Positions 29,119 to 38,882 of a stretch of DNA of 64,000 nt are shown piece after piece. The notes under the pieces were generated by a model. It did no database searches. It was not told the origin of the DNA and saw nothing but the letters and a program-made list of their open reading frames with translations. The translations under genes and the position numbers were made by a program. Numbering within the stretch: the stretch's first letter is position 1; each line of letters opens with the position of its first letter. Location of the stretch: positions 70,714 through 134,713 of IMG/VR virus record IMGVR_UViG_3300008952_003220. One strand, written 5' to 3'. This DNA is from a virus.

Positions 29119-29427
29119 CACCCACACATCTGCTGCTGGGACCAGTGATGGGTCGTCAGCTGCAACGCACTTGCATCTCTGATTTGTTACCGACTCCATC
29201 TTAGTTCCTTGTGTGCTACATGCCTGTTCGCACTTCGTGATTGTCTCACTGTCAAGCTGGCACTTAGATAGCAGAATCCCCATGGCTATTGTGCAACATA
29301 TATAGAGGACAGCTTTTGCCACGCCGCTCGCTATGGCACCAATTGCTGCTGTTTCCTCTCTGAGAGACGGGATCTCTTTTCTCTGCCGCTGGTTGTCAAT
29401 ATCATCTAGGTCTGTTCTTTTGTACAT
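29110..29427 (-). CDS. Membrane protein with Cys-rich tail
   Basis: TM helix; CEQAC...CKC. Confidence 0.55.
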   Translation of the reverse strand: MYKRTDLDDIDNQRQRKEIPSLREETAAIGAIASGVAKAVLYICCTIAMGILLSKCQLDSETITKCEQACSTQGTKMESVTNQRCKCVAADDPSLVPAADVWVLP

Positions 29428-29680
29428 TAGCTTCTCTCATCTTAACGTACCTTCCTGTTCGCTCATCGTAAACGAGCCTCCAAGATGAGATATAAGCTAT
29501 GTCAGCCTCTCTTACTTTCTGGCGATCGACGGGTTTTCTGTCTTTGCCAAATATATCTTCATTTTCGTTTAGTAGCTTTTCTAGATTCTTTCTCATCCTC
29601 GCGTCTTTTATCTCCTGAAGAGTGAAATAGATTCCAAAGGCGCATGATAATATGATCATCAAAAGAATTATTGTTTTCAT
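29402..29680 (-). CDS. Membrane-anchored hypothetical protein
   Basis: N-terminal TM helix; GGGGA RBS on the minus strand. Confidence 0.55.
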   Translation of the reverse strand: MKTIILLMIILSCAFGIYFTLQEIKDARMRKNLEKLLNENEDIFGKDRKPVDRQKVREADIAYISSWRLVYDERTGRYVKMREANVQKNRPR

Positions 29681-29719
29681 TTATCCCCCATACGTTAAAT
29701 ACATATGTTCATCTCTGGC

Positions 29720-29748
29720 GTGCAAGAAACTAATTTGTGTTATATAAT
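29720..29748 (+). promoter_or_regulatory. GTGCAA-N17-TATAAT promoter
   Basis: Consensus match. Confidence 0.65.
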
Positions 29749-29934
29749 GTATTCGGAGGTTACAAACCATGGCACAATTTGCGATATTCTTTGCTTTGGG
29801 TGTTTTGCACACCGTCTGCTTTTTGATTATCACAAACAGAGGAAACCGGTTGCGGATGACTCAAGACAAGACTGTGAAGACCCGCCAGAAAGATAAGAAA
29901 GAATCACACATCACTAAGCCCGCAACGGGAGAGG

Positions 29935-30777
29935 TTGACCTTTATGTTTGAGAATGATCTTACTAAGAAGCTTCAAGAAGAGGTTAAGTCCAAGTCTCAG
30001 AGAATCCGGACCCTAAAGAGCGAAAATGTCGCTAGGGCAGCAGAGCAGTTCACATCCCTAGATGGCTGCTCTCGCTGCAGGGGTCGAGGCTGGATCGTTA
30101 CTTGGGACACACTAGACTGTATCCACGGTAGCTATGCCCAGTACAGCTCATGCCCTGAGGAGGCATGTACTCGAGAGACGCGGAGTAGGTCAGGATTGTC
30201 TCCTGTTAGAACTAAGTACGATAGATATAATTCCGGATCAACTTGGGTGCCTAAGTACACTGAGGTGGAAGAGAAAGAGCTGAAGCAGCTTCAAGATAGA
30301 GTTCGAATCGCGCAGGGGGAAATTATCGCTGAGACAGCTCGGTGGACACCAAGTCGTGACAAGATTGTTAAGGTTGTTAGGGGCACCGGTCCCAAAAAGT
30401 ATCGTGCTCCCATGGGACTTGAAGGGCTTGTTGTCAAGTCCTTTGTAAACGACTATGGAACTCAGAAGTTTATCATCCTTGACAGTGATGGTAATCAGCA
30501 CTGGGTCAAGGCAAAGGAGATTGATGTTGTTGACCCAGATCCTGATGTTGAAAGCTGGGGCGCCGTTAGTAGGGCACACCGTGAAAGCAATGGTGTTCCA
30601 GTAATTGTTACAGTAAAGAGGAAGTCTGCAAAGGCTGCCTTGATTCGAACAGTACAGGGTGTAGAGTTTTGGTGTCCGATAAGCACAACACCTGACTTGA
30701 GTGATTCACAAGCGGGTCAGACTTTAAGCATCATCCTACCAATCTGGCTGGCAAAAAAGAATAAAATTATCTCTTAG
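29935..30777 (+). CDS. Hypothetical protein with DnaJ-like CxxCxGxG and SH3-like domains
   Basis: CSRCRGRG; KIVKVVRG. Confidence 0.6.
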   Translation: MTFMFENDLTKKLQEEVKSKSQRIRTLKSENVARAAEQFTSLDGCSRCRGRGWIVTWDTLDCIHGSYAQYSSCPEEACTRETRSRSGLSPVRTKYDRYNSGSTWVPKYTEVEEKELKQLQDRVRIAQGEIIAETARWTPSRDKIVKVVRGTGPKKYRAPMGLEGLVVKSFVNDYGTQKFIILDSDGNQHWVKAKEIDVVDPDPDVESWGAVSRAHRESNGVPVIVTVKRKSAKAALIRTVQGVEFWCPISTTPDLSDSQAGQTLSIILPIWLAKKNKIIS

Positions 30778-30870
30778 ATTCTTGTACACTATGCCTGGTT
30801 TGGTTAAAATATAGGGTCTGAAATGAATAGTTTCAGCTGTGTTAATCAACTACTAAGGAGATAAGTTAAC

Positions 30871-31107
30871 ATGAATTACAACAAGACCAAGTCAACGCGC
30901 CGATTTACTTTCGGAATCAACCGTAACACCACTGCTAAGAAGGCAGGATCCAACACTGTCACCATCGCAACAAACCCAGAGTCGGGTCGATATAGCTACG
31001 GTGGAACTTCTGTCACAATGACAGTTAGAGAGGCGAAGGCTTTCAAGAGCTTCCTCGACGCTGAGCTCAGCAGCATTGACTCAGATGATTCTACTGTAAT
31101 CGTCTGA
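30871..31107 (+). CDS. Hypothetical protein
   Basis: AAGGAG RBS, upstream promoter at 30782, downstream terminator. Confidence 0.7.
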   Translation: MNYNKTKSTRRFTFGINRNTTAKKAGSNTVTIATNPESGRYSYGGTSVTMTVREAKAFKSFLDAELSSIDSDDSTVIV

Positions 31108-31127
31108 TTTTCTAGGTTATCTTGTCT

Positions 31128-31158
31128 TGATGCACCCTTTGGGTGCATCATTTTTTTT
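31128..31158 (+). terminator. Intrinsic terminator
   Basis: TGATGCACCC-TTT-GGGTGCATCA followed by a T run. Confidence 0.8.
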
Positions 31159-31229
31159 ATTCATTAGATGCAGATTTTATTGTTTCTGATTCCCGAGAAT
31201 AGATAGTAATAAGGGTCTGGAGAAAACTC

Positions 31230-31628
31230 ATGAAAATTACACGTGGAAGACTTAAGAGATTAATAGCTGAAGCAGTTCAAGATATAAGAGAGCAGGAAGA
31301 AGAAGAAGGCGGCGAAGAAGAAGGCGGCGACGAAGGCGGTGACGTCTTGGTCGATCTTTCTGCTGACGAGCCTCTTGATGTTGATGTTGTTGATGTCGAA
31401 GCTGCCGAGGAGGAAGCTCCCGGTATGACATCACTTGACATAGATGCTATGACTGGAAGAGAGGTCTATAACGCTCTTCTTACAATGATGCAAGACGCCG
31501 GTGGGTCCTCAATGGGTATTGAAGATCTTGAGGGAGCAGTGATGTCTGAGACTGATCGGCTACGAAGAAAGGGTCGTAGCACCAAAGCCAGGACATCCAG
31601 AAGAATACCCGGGATGTGGTGGGGATAG
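31230..31628 (+). CDS. Leader-family acidic protein
   Basis: MKITRGRLKRLIAEAV..IRE. Confidence 0.7.
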   Translation: MKITRGRLKRLIAEAVQDIREQEEEEGGEEEGGDEGGDVLVDLSADEPLDVDVVDVEAAEEEAPGMTSLDIDAMTGREVYNALLTMMQDAGGSSMGIEDLEGAVMSETDRLRRKGRSTKARTSRRIPGMWWG

Positions 31629-31667
31629 ACTTTTTAAGTTTAAGCAACCTCTTTCTGGAGAAGTGTA

Positions 31668-31901
31668 GTGAGATGGCTTAAGAATCTAGTAGTCCAGCCC
31701 TGGATAAATCACCCACACGCAACTGGTGAGACATACTGGCAGCATCTTCTTTATGCCCTTTGGGCATCACTGAAGGTGACCTTGGCTGGACTGATGCTCC
31801 TAGTTCACGCTTTTTTTCCTTTTCTGTTTGTGACGACAGGAAGTAAGATTCTTTGTAAGGTAGTTGACAAGATCCGGATTAGAAACGGTGGTAGAGAATG
31901 A
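31668..31901 (+). CDS. Small membrane protein (DUF6356-like)
   Basis: HPHATGETYWQHL..A...LLVHAFFPFLF.TTGS. Confidence 0.7.
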   Translation: MRWLKNLVVQPWINHPHATGETYWQHLLYALWASLKVTLAGLMLLVHAFFPFLFVTTGSKILCKVVDKIRIRNGGRE

Positions 31902-32266
31902 AGCTGCAAAGAAGAGAGCTGAGAAGACTGATACTTGAGGAGTGCGGGTGCACGTCTGACGGTTCACTTCCGCCCTATCTAGAGTCGGCTGATTCACCCA
32001 TTGAGGGAGTCGGCATATTTTCTGTCACAGAGATTCCTGCTCACACAGATATGGGTCCAGCTCACATCTACATGGATGACGGTAGAATTGACATCACTCA
32101 GTTAGGGAGGCATCACAATCACTCTGACTCACCTAGCTGCTATAGTGAGTGGGTTAATGATGAGAGACATATTTTCCCACACCGTGATCTATCTCCGGGT
32201 GAGGAGATCACTGTCGATTATACAATGCAGCCTGATCTTGAGCAGCCCAAGGCGGGATGGAGATAG
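31898..32266 (+). CDS. Leader-family SET-domain protein
   Basis: SPIEGVGIFS...NHSDSPSC...DLSPGEEITVDY. Confidence 0.82.
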   Translation: MKLQRRELRRLILEECGCTSDGSLPPYLESADSPIEGVGIFSVTEIPAHTDMGPAHIYMDDGRIDITQLGRHHNHSDSPSCYSEWVNDERHIFPHRDLSPGEEITVDYTMQPDLEQPKAGWR

Positions 32267-32269
32267 AAG

Positions 32270-32938
32270 ATGATAATTACTAGAAGAGACCTAATACGAC
32301 TTATAAGATCTGAGATAAACGGCTCACTCAAAGAAAACTTAGCAGGAGGTATGATTGGCAATATCTGGGCAATGGCGAGGGTCACTAGTCCAGATGACGA
32401 AACTGCTGATCTCTATTCTCAGTCTGTCTCATGCATTAATGGAAGCACAGTATGTAATCTCCAGGATCCAGACGGTGACGGCGTATATTCGTGGCATAAG
32501 AAGACAAATGATGTCGACACAGGAGATGAACCTGATGATCCAGAAGGTGAAGAAGCGACTCCTGACACAGATGAACCTGATGATCCAGACACTGCTGAAC
32601 CTGAGGCTCAGGGCCAGAGTGAGTGGGTAGAATGCACCGAAGCAGAGCAGGCGGAATTAAATAGACTCCATCCTCGACACGTGAAATCAGTAGCGATCGC
32701 GACTGCAATTAGAATGTTAAACGCAGCAAAGAAAGAACACATAGAAGACAATTCCGAAGCGATTCCTGATAATGTTCTCGATGATATTGCTGATATCATC
32801 AGGCCCCACGGGGAAAATGCAATAGTCACTGCGATAGAAGGGGAAAAGGAGAAGACTGCAGATTCTCAGATGGACGTGCTATTCAGCAGGCGCGGGACAG
32901 TGTATGACCTGCAAAGAATTAGAGATAGTCTAGGCTAA
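32270..32938 (+). CDS. Leader-family protein
   Basis: MIITRRDLIRLIRSEI..LKE; DPDGDG; DEPDDP repeats. Confidence 0.7.
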   Translation: MIITRRDLIRLIRSEINGSLKENLAGGMIGNIWAMARVTSPDDETADLYSQSVSCINGSTVCNLQDPDGDGVYSWHKKTNDVDTGDEPDDPEGEEATPDTDEPDDPDTAEPEAQGQSEWVECTEAEQAELNRLHPRHVKSVAIATAIRMLNAAKKEHIEDNSEAIPDNVLDDIADIIRPHGENAIVTAIEGEKEKTADSQMDVLFSRRGTVYDLQRIRDSLG

Positions 32939-32974
32939 GGAAAATGATTAATTTAGAAATAGGAATGTATTGGT

Positions 32975-34123
32975 ATGAAGATAAGAAAATCTAGACTACA
33001 GCAAATCATCAGAGAGGAGCTGTCAAGGAAACTTAGTAAAGGCTCAGATGTAAGAGAAAGTGCAGGTGTTCTTGTTATGAAAAACAGGCAACTTGATGAA
33101 GCTGCTGTTCTCGTCTTAGGGGGTGCTATAATCACAGCTGAGATGATTGCTGCAGCACTTGGTATTTCCCTAGCTGTTGTTGGAACAGCGTGGCTTATTG
33201 ATATGGCTAGTGAGCTTGGCTGGGATTACTATCCTAGTGAGGCTGAAGCCAGAGAGGCTATAAGTCAAGGGATGCCACGGGTCAATCCAGATCTCAGGCT
33301 GCCCGCTTCTTCAGGTTACAGACCCACTGAGGCTGAGCTGCAAGCTCAGCTAGCCCTAAGTGCAACAGCCCAAAGACTCTCGGCAGAAGCAGAACAGGGA
33401 TCTGATATTTCTCCGTTAGGGCCGCCCAGACAAAGTGAAGAGCCCGGACCACAACGACGTCTCCCACCTTTGGAATCCATTGAATGGGACGACACCGAGG
33501 ATGAAAGGCTTAGAGGGTTCAATGAGTATTGGTCCTTTGCTGTTAGATCGTCTGGCTTTGTGACACACTATTACCTAAACATGTCTGATTTTTCTACAGG
33601 CCCATATGAGCTATATGATGTTCTAGACACAGCTAGCCCGGAGTCAGATGAGTCATATTTTACTGATCTTGACCTTGGGGTGGGAGTGCTACCTGGCCAG
33701 GGAGAGTCAGAGCTAGAGGTCTCTCATTCAGCTATCGAGCGGCTTATGGATAAGGCTATTGCCTATGCTGAAACTGCTTGGCAATCTCGAGTAACTCCGT
33801 TTACAGCTGATTCTGAGATATGCTATGCTCAATTAAACGTGACTGGGATGTATGAACGTGAGCTAAGATCAATACATCGGATTCCAGACGACTACACGAC
33901 TCTAGGCCCAGTAATGGGCCTTTCAGATCCTACAATGAGAGATAGCTGCGAGTGGGCTTTGCTCATGACAGCTCATGATGATGAAGGGGTGTGGGGAACT
34001 CAGATCCCCATTGTGTCGGAAGATGGTGCTTATATGGGAGAGTATCTTATTGTTATGGATGAGGTGAGAGTAGCTCTATCAGAAGGAAGATGTGACAACT
34101 GCATCTCTGATATTGCCGGATAG
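32975..34123 (+). CDS. Leader-family protein with a hydrophobic segment
   Basis: MKIRKSRLQQIIREEL; LDE then AAVLVLGGAII...AWLI. Confidence 0.7.
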   Translation: MKIRKSRLQQIIREELSRKLSKGSDVRESAGVLVMKNRQLDEAAVLVLGGAIITAEMIAAALGISLAVVGTAWLIDMASELGWDYYPSEAEAREAISQGMPRVNPDLRLPASSGYRPTEAELQAQLALSATAQRLSAEAEQGSDISPLGPPRQSEEPGPQRRLPPLESIEWDDTEDERLRGFNEYWSFAVRSSGFVTHYYLNMSDFSTGPYELYDVLDTASPESDESYFTDLDLGVGVLPGQGESELEVSHSAIERLMDKAIAYAETAWQSRVTPFTADSEICYAQLNVTGMYERELRSIHRIPDDYTTLGPVMGLSDPTMRDSCEWALLMTAHDDEGVWGTQIPIVSEDGAYMGEYLIVMDEVRVALSEGRCDNCISDIAG

Positions 34124-34157
34124 CTTTGTAGAATCTTTATTCTTACTGGGCATCCAT

Positions 34158-34186
34158 GTGTAAATAGCTTGTGATTGTGGTATAAT
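34158..34186 (+). promoter_or_regulatory. GTGTAA-N17-TATAAT promoter
   Basis: Consensus match with TGTGG. Confidence 0.72.
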
Positions 34187-34203
34187 AAGGCATAGAGAGA
34201 TAA

Positions 34204-34551
34204 ATGTCTGCAAAGTTATGTCTTACCTTCTTGCTGTTTACACTTCTGCACATCGGCGTGTGGTTTAGTACAAATACACAATTGATATCTGACGAGTGGA
34301 AACAGCGCAGCTTTTGGATCATGCTATCCCTGGCAATTCCAACTTCGCTGCTAGCATACTATGGAACAAAAGTCGGATACTCTGCTCTAGGCGACAGTGC
34401 TTGGTCTGTGAGGTTTATCGGATTCGGAACCTCTTATCTTATCTTTCCTCTATTAACCTGGCAGTTGCTAGGTGAGTCGATGTTTACTTTGAAGACTATG
34501 CTATGCATCTTTCTATCTATGGTCATAGTCTTCATTCAGGTTAAGATGTAA
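34204..34551 (+). CDS. Four-TM small membrane protein (DMT/SMR-like)
   Basis: Four hydrophobic helices; LLGES motif. Confidence 0.55.
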   Translation: MSAKLCLTFLLFTLLHIGVWFSTNTQLISDEWKQRSFWIMLSLAIPTSLLAYYGTKVGYSALGDSAWSVRFIGFGTSYLIFPLLTWQLLGESMFTLKTMLCIFLSMVIVFIQVKM

Positions 34552-34578
34552 CCCCAGAGAAACAGGAGAATGTAGCAC

Positions 34579-35136
34579 ATGGAACATGTTTGGCTTTTTG
34601 AGAAGTGGCAAGGATTGCCGCTTAGGGATGTGAGACAGCAGCTTTTGAATCATGCTGAGACCCTGAAGACGTTTGGTGATATGAGTGTGAGAGAGCTCTG
34701 CTGTCTGGCCAAGGGAGACTGGATACCAATTGGACTCTATGTCTTTATTAGCGGGGATAGGATTGTATATGCCGGTAAGACGCACGGCCGGTCTTTCCAG
34801 GAGAGGATGCTTAGTCATCTAGATCATCGAATGCCGATTCCTGGGTCACCTCATTTAGCACAGCTTGTACAGTCAATCTCAAAGAGAGACAGTATTTCAG
34901 CTGAAGAGGCTGTTCAAAAAGTTATGAACATGAAGGTGGTCTGGATGCCTGTTCCGGACCTTGGACGAGGCAAGCAATATCACAAGAAGCTTATCGCAAG
35001 CGTGGAAAGGCAACTGCTTTGGCACCGATGCCTAGATCCTATGTATAACTCTCCTCGTGTCAAGAGAAATGATCATTACTCACTCAAGGGTGAGAGGTAT
35101 CAGCTTGAAGAAGGATTTGAGCTAGGAAGCTTTTAA
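34579..35136 (+). CDS. GIY-YIG-like nuclease
   Basis: GLYVF...IVYAGKT..SFQERM..H...VER...PMYN. Confidence 0.6.
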   Translation: MEHVWLFEKWQGLPLRDVRQQLLNHAETLKTFGDMSVRELCCLAKGDWIPIGLYVFISGDRIVYAGKTHGRSFQERMLSHLDHRMPIPGSPHLAQLVQSISKRDSISAEEAVQKVMNMKVVWMPVPDLGRGKQYHKKLIASVERQLLWHRCLDPMYNSPRVKRNDHYSLKGERYQLEEGFELGSF

Positions 35137-35137
35137 G

Positions 35138-35377
35138 TTGAAACAAGACTGTGATCCGATTATAGACCACTTTGTTGATGAGGAGATTCTTGTCAAGCTC
35201 GGAGATCTTGTTAGGATAAATGAAAGCTATCACGCTGATCATCACAATATGATCGGGACTGTTATAGATGTCCACTGTGGTGTTAAGGAGACTGTGCCAC
35301 CAGGGATAACAGTCATGTGGTGTGATTCAACAATTGAATGTCTTTGGTTTGACGTGGTGGAAATTATAAGAAACTAG
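35138..35377 (+). CDS. KOW/SH3-like protein
   Basis: VKLGDLVRI...IGTVIDV...VMW. Confidence 0.55.
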   Translation: MKQDCDPIIDHFVDEEILVKLGDLVRINESYHADHHNMIGTVIDVHCGVKETVPPGITVMWCDSTIECLWFDVVEIIRN

Positions 35378-35419
35378 ATTCTCTGGCAGCTAGATATGTA
35401 TTAGAGCTGGAGAAAGGTC

Positions 35420-35782
35420 ATGAGAAAGATAACTCGTCAGGAGCTTAGAGCCATCATAAGAGGGCACCTTGGCTCTATCAAAGAGGCAGCAAAAGATTCT
35501 GTGCCCTTTGGCAGTGGCATGGAGCAGCTCGAGCTTGAGCCAGATCAAAAGGAAATTGTTGGACACACGTGACTAACACACGTTCGGAGGAAGGGTTCCT
35601 CCTTAAATGAAGTTGGTGAAGTTGTCTGGCATAGCCTAACAGAATCTGGAAGGATAGATGTTTATGATGTGTGGTGGCCAGATAGCGGGTATCATGAGAT
35701 GAACATCTCCGGAGAAGTTCTTGAAGCTGTAACGTCAAAGCAGCACGAGCATGTGACGAGAGATGCTGACGAAGATAGATAG
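35420..35782 (+). CDS. Leader-family protein with in-frame TGA (codon 51): candidate selenoprotein, 120 aa
   Basis: MRKITRQELRAIIR...IVGHT-TGA-LTHV...WHSLTESGRIDVYDVWW...QHEH; frame stays open 69 codons to TAG. Confidence 0.7.
35581..35609 (+). promoter_or_regulatory. Candidate bacterial SECIS hairpin
   Basis: GGAGGAA-GGG-TTCCTCC, loop G 21 nt after the UGA; possible lower stem CGTT/AATG. Confidence 0.6.
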
Positions 35783-35841
35783 ATTATTTTTCTATGTACA
35801 TTTTAAGATGATGTCATAAGATTTAATCACATGGAGGAATC

Positions 35842-36147
35842 TTGAAAAGAAGACGAGATCCTGAGCGAATGGCTCGAAAAAATGAAGTAGCAGAAGTCAA
35901 TCGTGCTTCTAGAGAATCAAGGACGCCTGAACAGCAATTAGCTATTCTTGATACTAGGCTGGGCACTGAAATGGGTGCTAGGAGAGAGAGAAGTCGACTG
36001 ATAGATGAAATTGAGAATCGGCTTAATGCAAAAAAGAAGCTTAAGAGCGATCCCAGCGTCACACAGAATTCTCCGAAAAAGAGATCTGATAGAAGAAAAG
36101 AAAAGGCTCGGCGACATTCTGAGAGGCAGAAGAGAAACAGTCAATGA
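35842..36147 (+). CDS. Basic hypothetical protein
   Basis: RTPEQQLAILDTRLG...GARRERSRL. Confidence 0.6.
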   Translation: MKRRRDPERMARKNEVAEVNRASRESRTPEQQLAILDTRLGTEMGARRERSRLIDEIENRLNAKKKLKSDPSVTQNSPKKRSDRRKEKARRHSERQKRNSQ

Positions 36148-36273
36148 CATCGGGACTAGTCTGCTCTTACATTATCGTTTTTGTGGTGGGTCTTTTTCTT
36201 GGAATACACTTAGAGGGAAGAGCTAGGATGTATTTTATCAAAAAGAAGAAATAGTAAAATCGAGATATCATTC

Positions 36274-36302
36274 GTGCAAGCTAAAAACCGGTATGGTATA
36301 AT
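36274..36302 (+). promoter_or_regulatory. GTGCAA-N17-TATAAT promoter
   Basis: Consensus match, AAGGAGG RBS follows. Confidence 0.72.
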
Positions 36303-36319
36303 GGAGACATCAAGGAGGT

Positions 36320-37034
36320 TTGATGCAACAGATTTATCTAGATAGGGACCAATGTAGCCAATTTCAAGTTGAGTATTTCGAGAAAGATTCAGTTTCCCTA
36401 AGAGCAGATGTCATTCTATCATCTAAGTTTAGTGGGTATGACGATGTTCATACTTCTTTTCTTCAAGAATTTCGAAGTCGAACGATACTACTGACACGTG
36501 CTAGAGATGACTCTCCGGGGTGGTACACAGTTATTAACACACTAGGGAGAGATCAATGATGTGGACAGTAATCTATCATAATGATGACCTCAGCATTTCG
36601 GCTGTAGAGTTTAATGGTCCGATGGACGCTCAGGCTGCTATGCTTGCAGTGTCTAAGACAATTAACGGCGCAGTTATAGCAATGGTAAAGGGGCTTCACA
36701 AGGTTTGGGAACCTGAACAGGGCTGGGTGAATGACAACACACCACCTTGTAGGACAGATGTACAGCAGCATGACCTCTACGAAATCTAGAGAGTCTAATA
36801 GTGAAGATGCATAAAGAAAAATATGAAGATCTTCTTCTTCGATTTGCAAAAGAGCTTCATGATGTTGGTGTGACAGAAGATATGAAGAAGATCGTAGAAG
36901 CGCAGTATACTAGAACACAAAATCTTGCCAGCTCCCACATTGAAGAAGTGACTGACAGATTTTGCTATCGTCATGATGGATATATGATTGAGGCTGTTCG
37001 AACAGTCAGTCTTACTGTGAAGAAGATGAAATAA
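36320..37034 (+). other. Three small hypothetical genes (36320-36559, 36556-36789, 36801-37034)
   Basis: Closely packed ORFs after the promoter. Confidence 0.55.
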
Positions 37035-37751
37035 ATGAAGTCATTGAAAGCTGGAGATCGAGTTGTAGTTAGGTCATCACTAGGCGACCAGACGGCAACT
37101 GTAATAAATATATTCTGGAGAGCTGTAGCAGGTACCTGTGTTTCGTATATCCACAGTATAGAAGTAATATACGAAAATGGGATGAAGGCAAGCGTCGTTC
37201 CTGAAAGAGTTGAAATATTGAAGTAGGCGGTTTAGTGTCTTTGATGTCCTAATTAATGAATGAGTGGCATCACTAGGACATGGAAAATAAAGAAATAAAG
37301 CTAGCTATCGTAGGAGACCTTGTTGTAAAGAGCAAGGGAATAAGTGTGGGTACAAGGGGAATAGTTACTAATGTGATCGTTAATTTCACAGGAACAACAA
37401 TCTATGAAGTTAATACGCCCATGGGATTACTTAGCTGGTATTCACGTCATGTCAGGATTATAAGATGAAATGCGGTGAGCTAGTAGCGTTTGTTGAAGAA
37501 TTGAATCCCAGAAAAAACTCATCTGATTGCGGAATCTTTAGGTGGAAAAGCGGAATCTTAGTGAAGAAAGATGAAGAGTTGAAAAAAGCCACTATTCTAT
37601 GTGAAGGATCGCTGGTTATAGTTCCACTAGAGTCGATATACATTAGGTCTTTTGATTCACTTTCTAAAGACACATTCACATTTTGAAATTATAAAATTAA
37701 GAAGATGTGTATTAAGATTAGCTAAATCTTAAATACTGGGAGACAGGATAA

Positions 37752-38024
37752 ATGGCTAATCTCTTTTTTGCTGGAGAAAAGGCAACAAAAGAAGAAGCGA
37801 AGAAGTCGCTGATGGAGCACATTGAAAAGAACTGGACTGGGACATTCTATGCTGACTTCCACACCGATGGCGGTGGCGTCTTAATTCGGGCGATCATTGA
37901 GGTAGAGCATCCAGGTGAAGAACTAGACCAAGAATTTAGAGGGAAATTTCCTGCTAAGTGGCTTGGCTGGCGCCTGGTTCTTCTCAAAGTGACACCCGGG
38001 TATATCGACGCTTTTATCAAATGA
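37752..38024 (+). CDS. Hypothetical protein
   Basis: 90-aa ORF, AGGA RBS. Confidence 0.6.
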   Translation: MANLFFAGEKATKEEAKKSLMEHIEKNWTGTFYADFHTDGGGVLIRAIIEVEHPGEELDQEFRGKFPAKWLGWRLVLLKVTPGYIDAFIK

Positions 38025-38407
38025 ATGTGGGTGACTTAGTAAGCTTTGATCTTCCCTATATTACAGGTATGGTCCCTGATAGAGGAGTAATCCTGTCTAT
38101 TAATAGGGATCTTAGCTACACTGATGAGGAGATCAAGGTCATGACTAACAGCGGCCTGATGGTCTACATCTCAGATCTAGACTTCAAATTCTACTGTGTT
38201 GAGGTGATCAGTGCGTGCGGGTGACATGGTTCGATTCAGGTATAGCGGAATGCTTGTTCACGACTTTCCTAATGATGTTCCATGGCATCTGGGTCTCTTG
38301 ATAGAGTACCACACATGGGAAAAGGTTGCGACTGTCATGCACAATGGAAAACTTCTCAGAATCAGAGCAGCTGATGTCACGAAAGCTGGAAAGAGAGATT
38401 TTGTAAA

Positions 38408-38668
38408 GTGAGTGATCAGGCTTGGTTTCTTTACGTTGTTGAGTGTGCTGATGCATCACTTTACACAGGGATCACAACAGATCTGAATAGAAGAATCGAT
38501 GAGCACAATAGGCTATCAAGGGGTGCTAAATATACAAGAAGCCGAAGACCTGTTAGGCTTATCTACTCAAAGAGGTTTAGTGATCGATCTGCTGCCTCAA
38601 GTGCTGAGGCGAAATTTAAGAGACTGGCTAGAAGAAAAAAGCTAGAGGTGATTAGTGAAGATAGGTGA
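38408..38668 (+). CDS. Small GIY-YIG nuclease (YhbQ-like)
   Basis: WFLYVVECADASLYTGITTDLNRRIDEHN..GAKYTRSRRPV. Confidence 0.88.
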   Translation: MSDQAWFLYVVECADASLYTGITTDLNRRIDEHNRLSRGAKYTRSRRPVRLIYSKRFSDRSAASSAEAKFKRLARRKKLEVISEDR

Positions 38669-38882
38669 TATCGTAAAAATGAAAGGTCCTGACGGAGAAG
38701 TTGGTCTTGTCGTTGAACTGGACAATCAGACAGGATTTACCAGAGTCGTTTGGCAAGACGGGGTAAGCCTGTGTGCTACGTCACACCTGATTCTAATTGA
38801 ATACATCACACACAAACCTAAGACAGAATCTTCTATATTTTCTTAATATGTAATTCTAAGACATATATGTGAAGATGATCCA

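Larger units (their letters stand above)
37035..38846 (+). repeat. First cluster of KOW/SH3-like mini-genes (37035, 37280, 37465, 38021, 38211, 38655)
   Basis: G(D/E)(L/R/M/I)V starts; junction repeat at 38201 and 38645. Confidence 0.65.

Noticed and set aside
35478-35738. Minus-strand 86-aa ORF
   Set aside because: It is antisense to the UGA-containing + strand gene, which has an RBS, leader and upstream motif.
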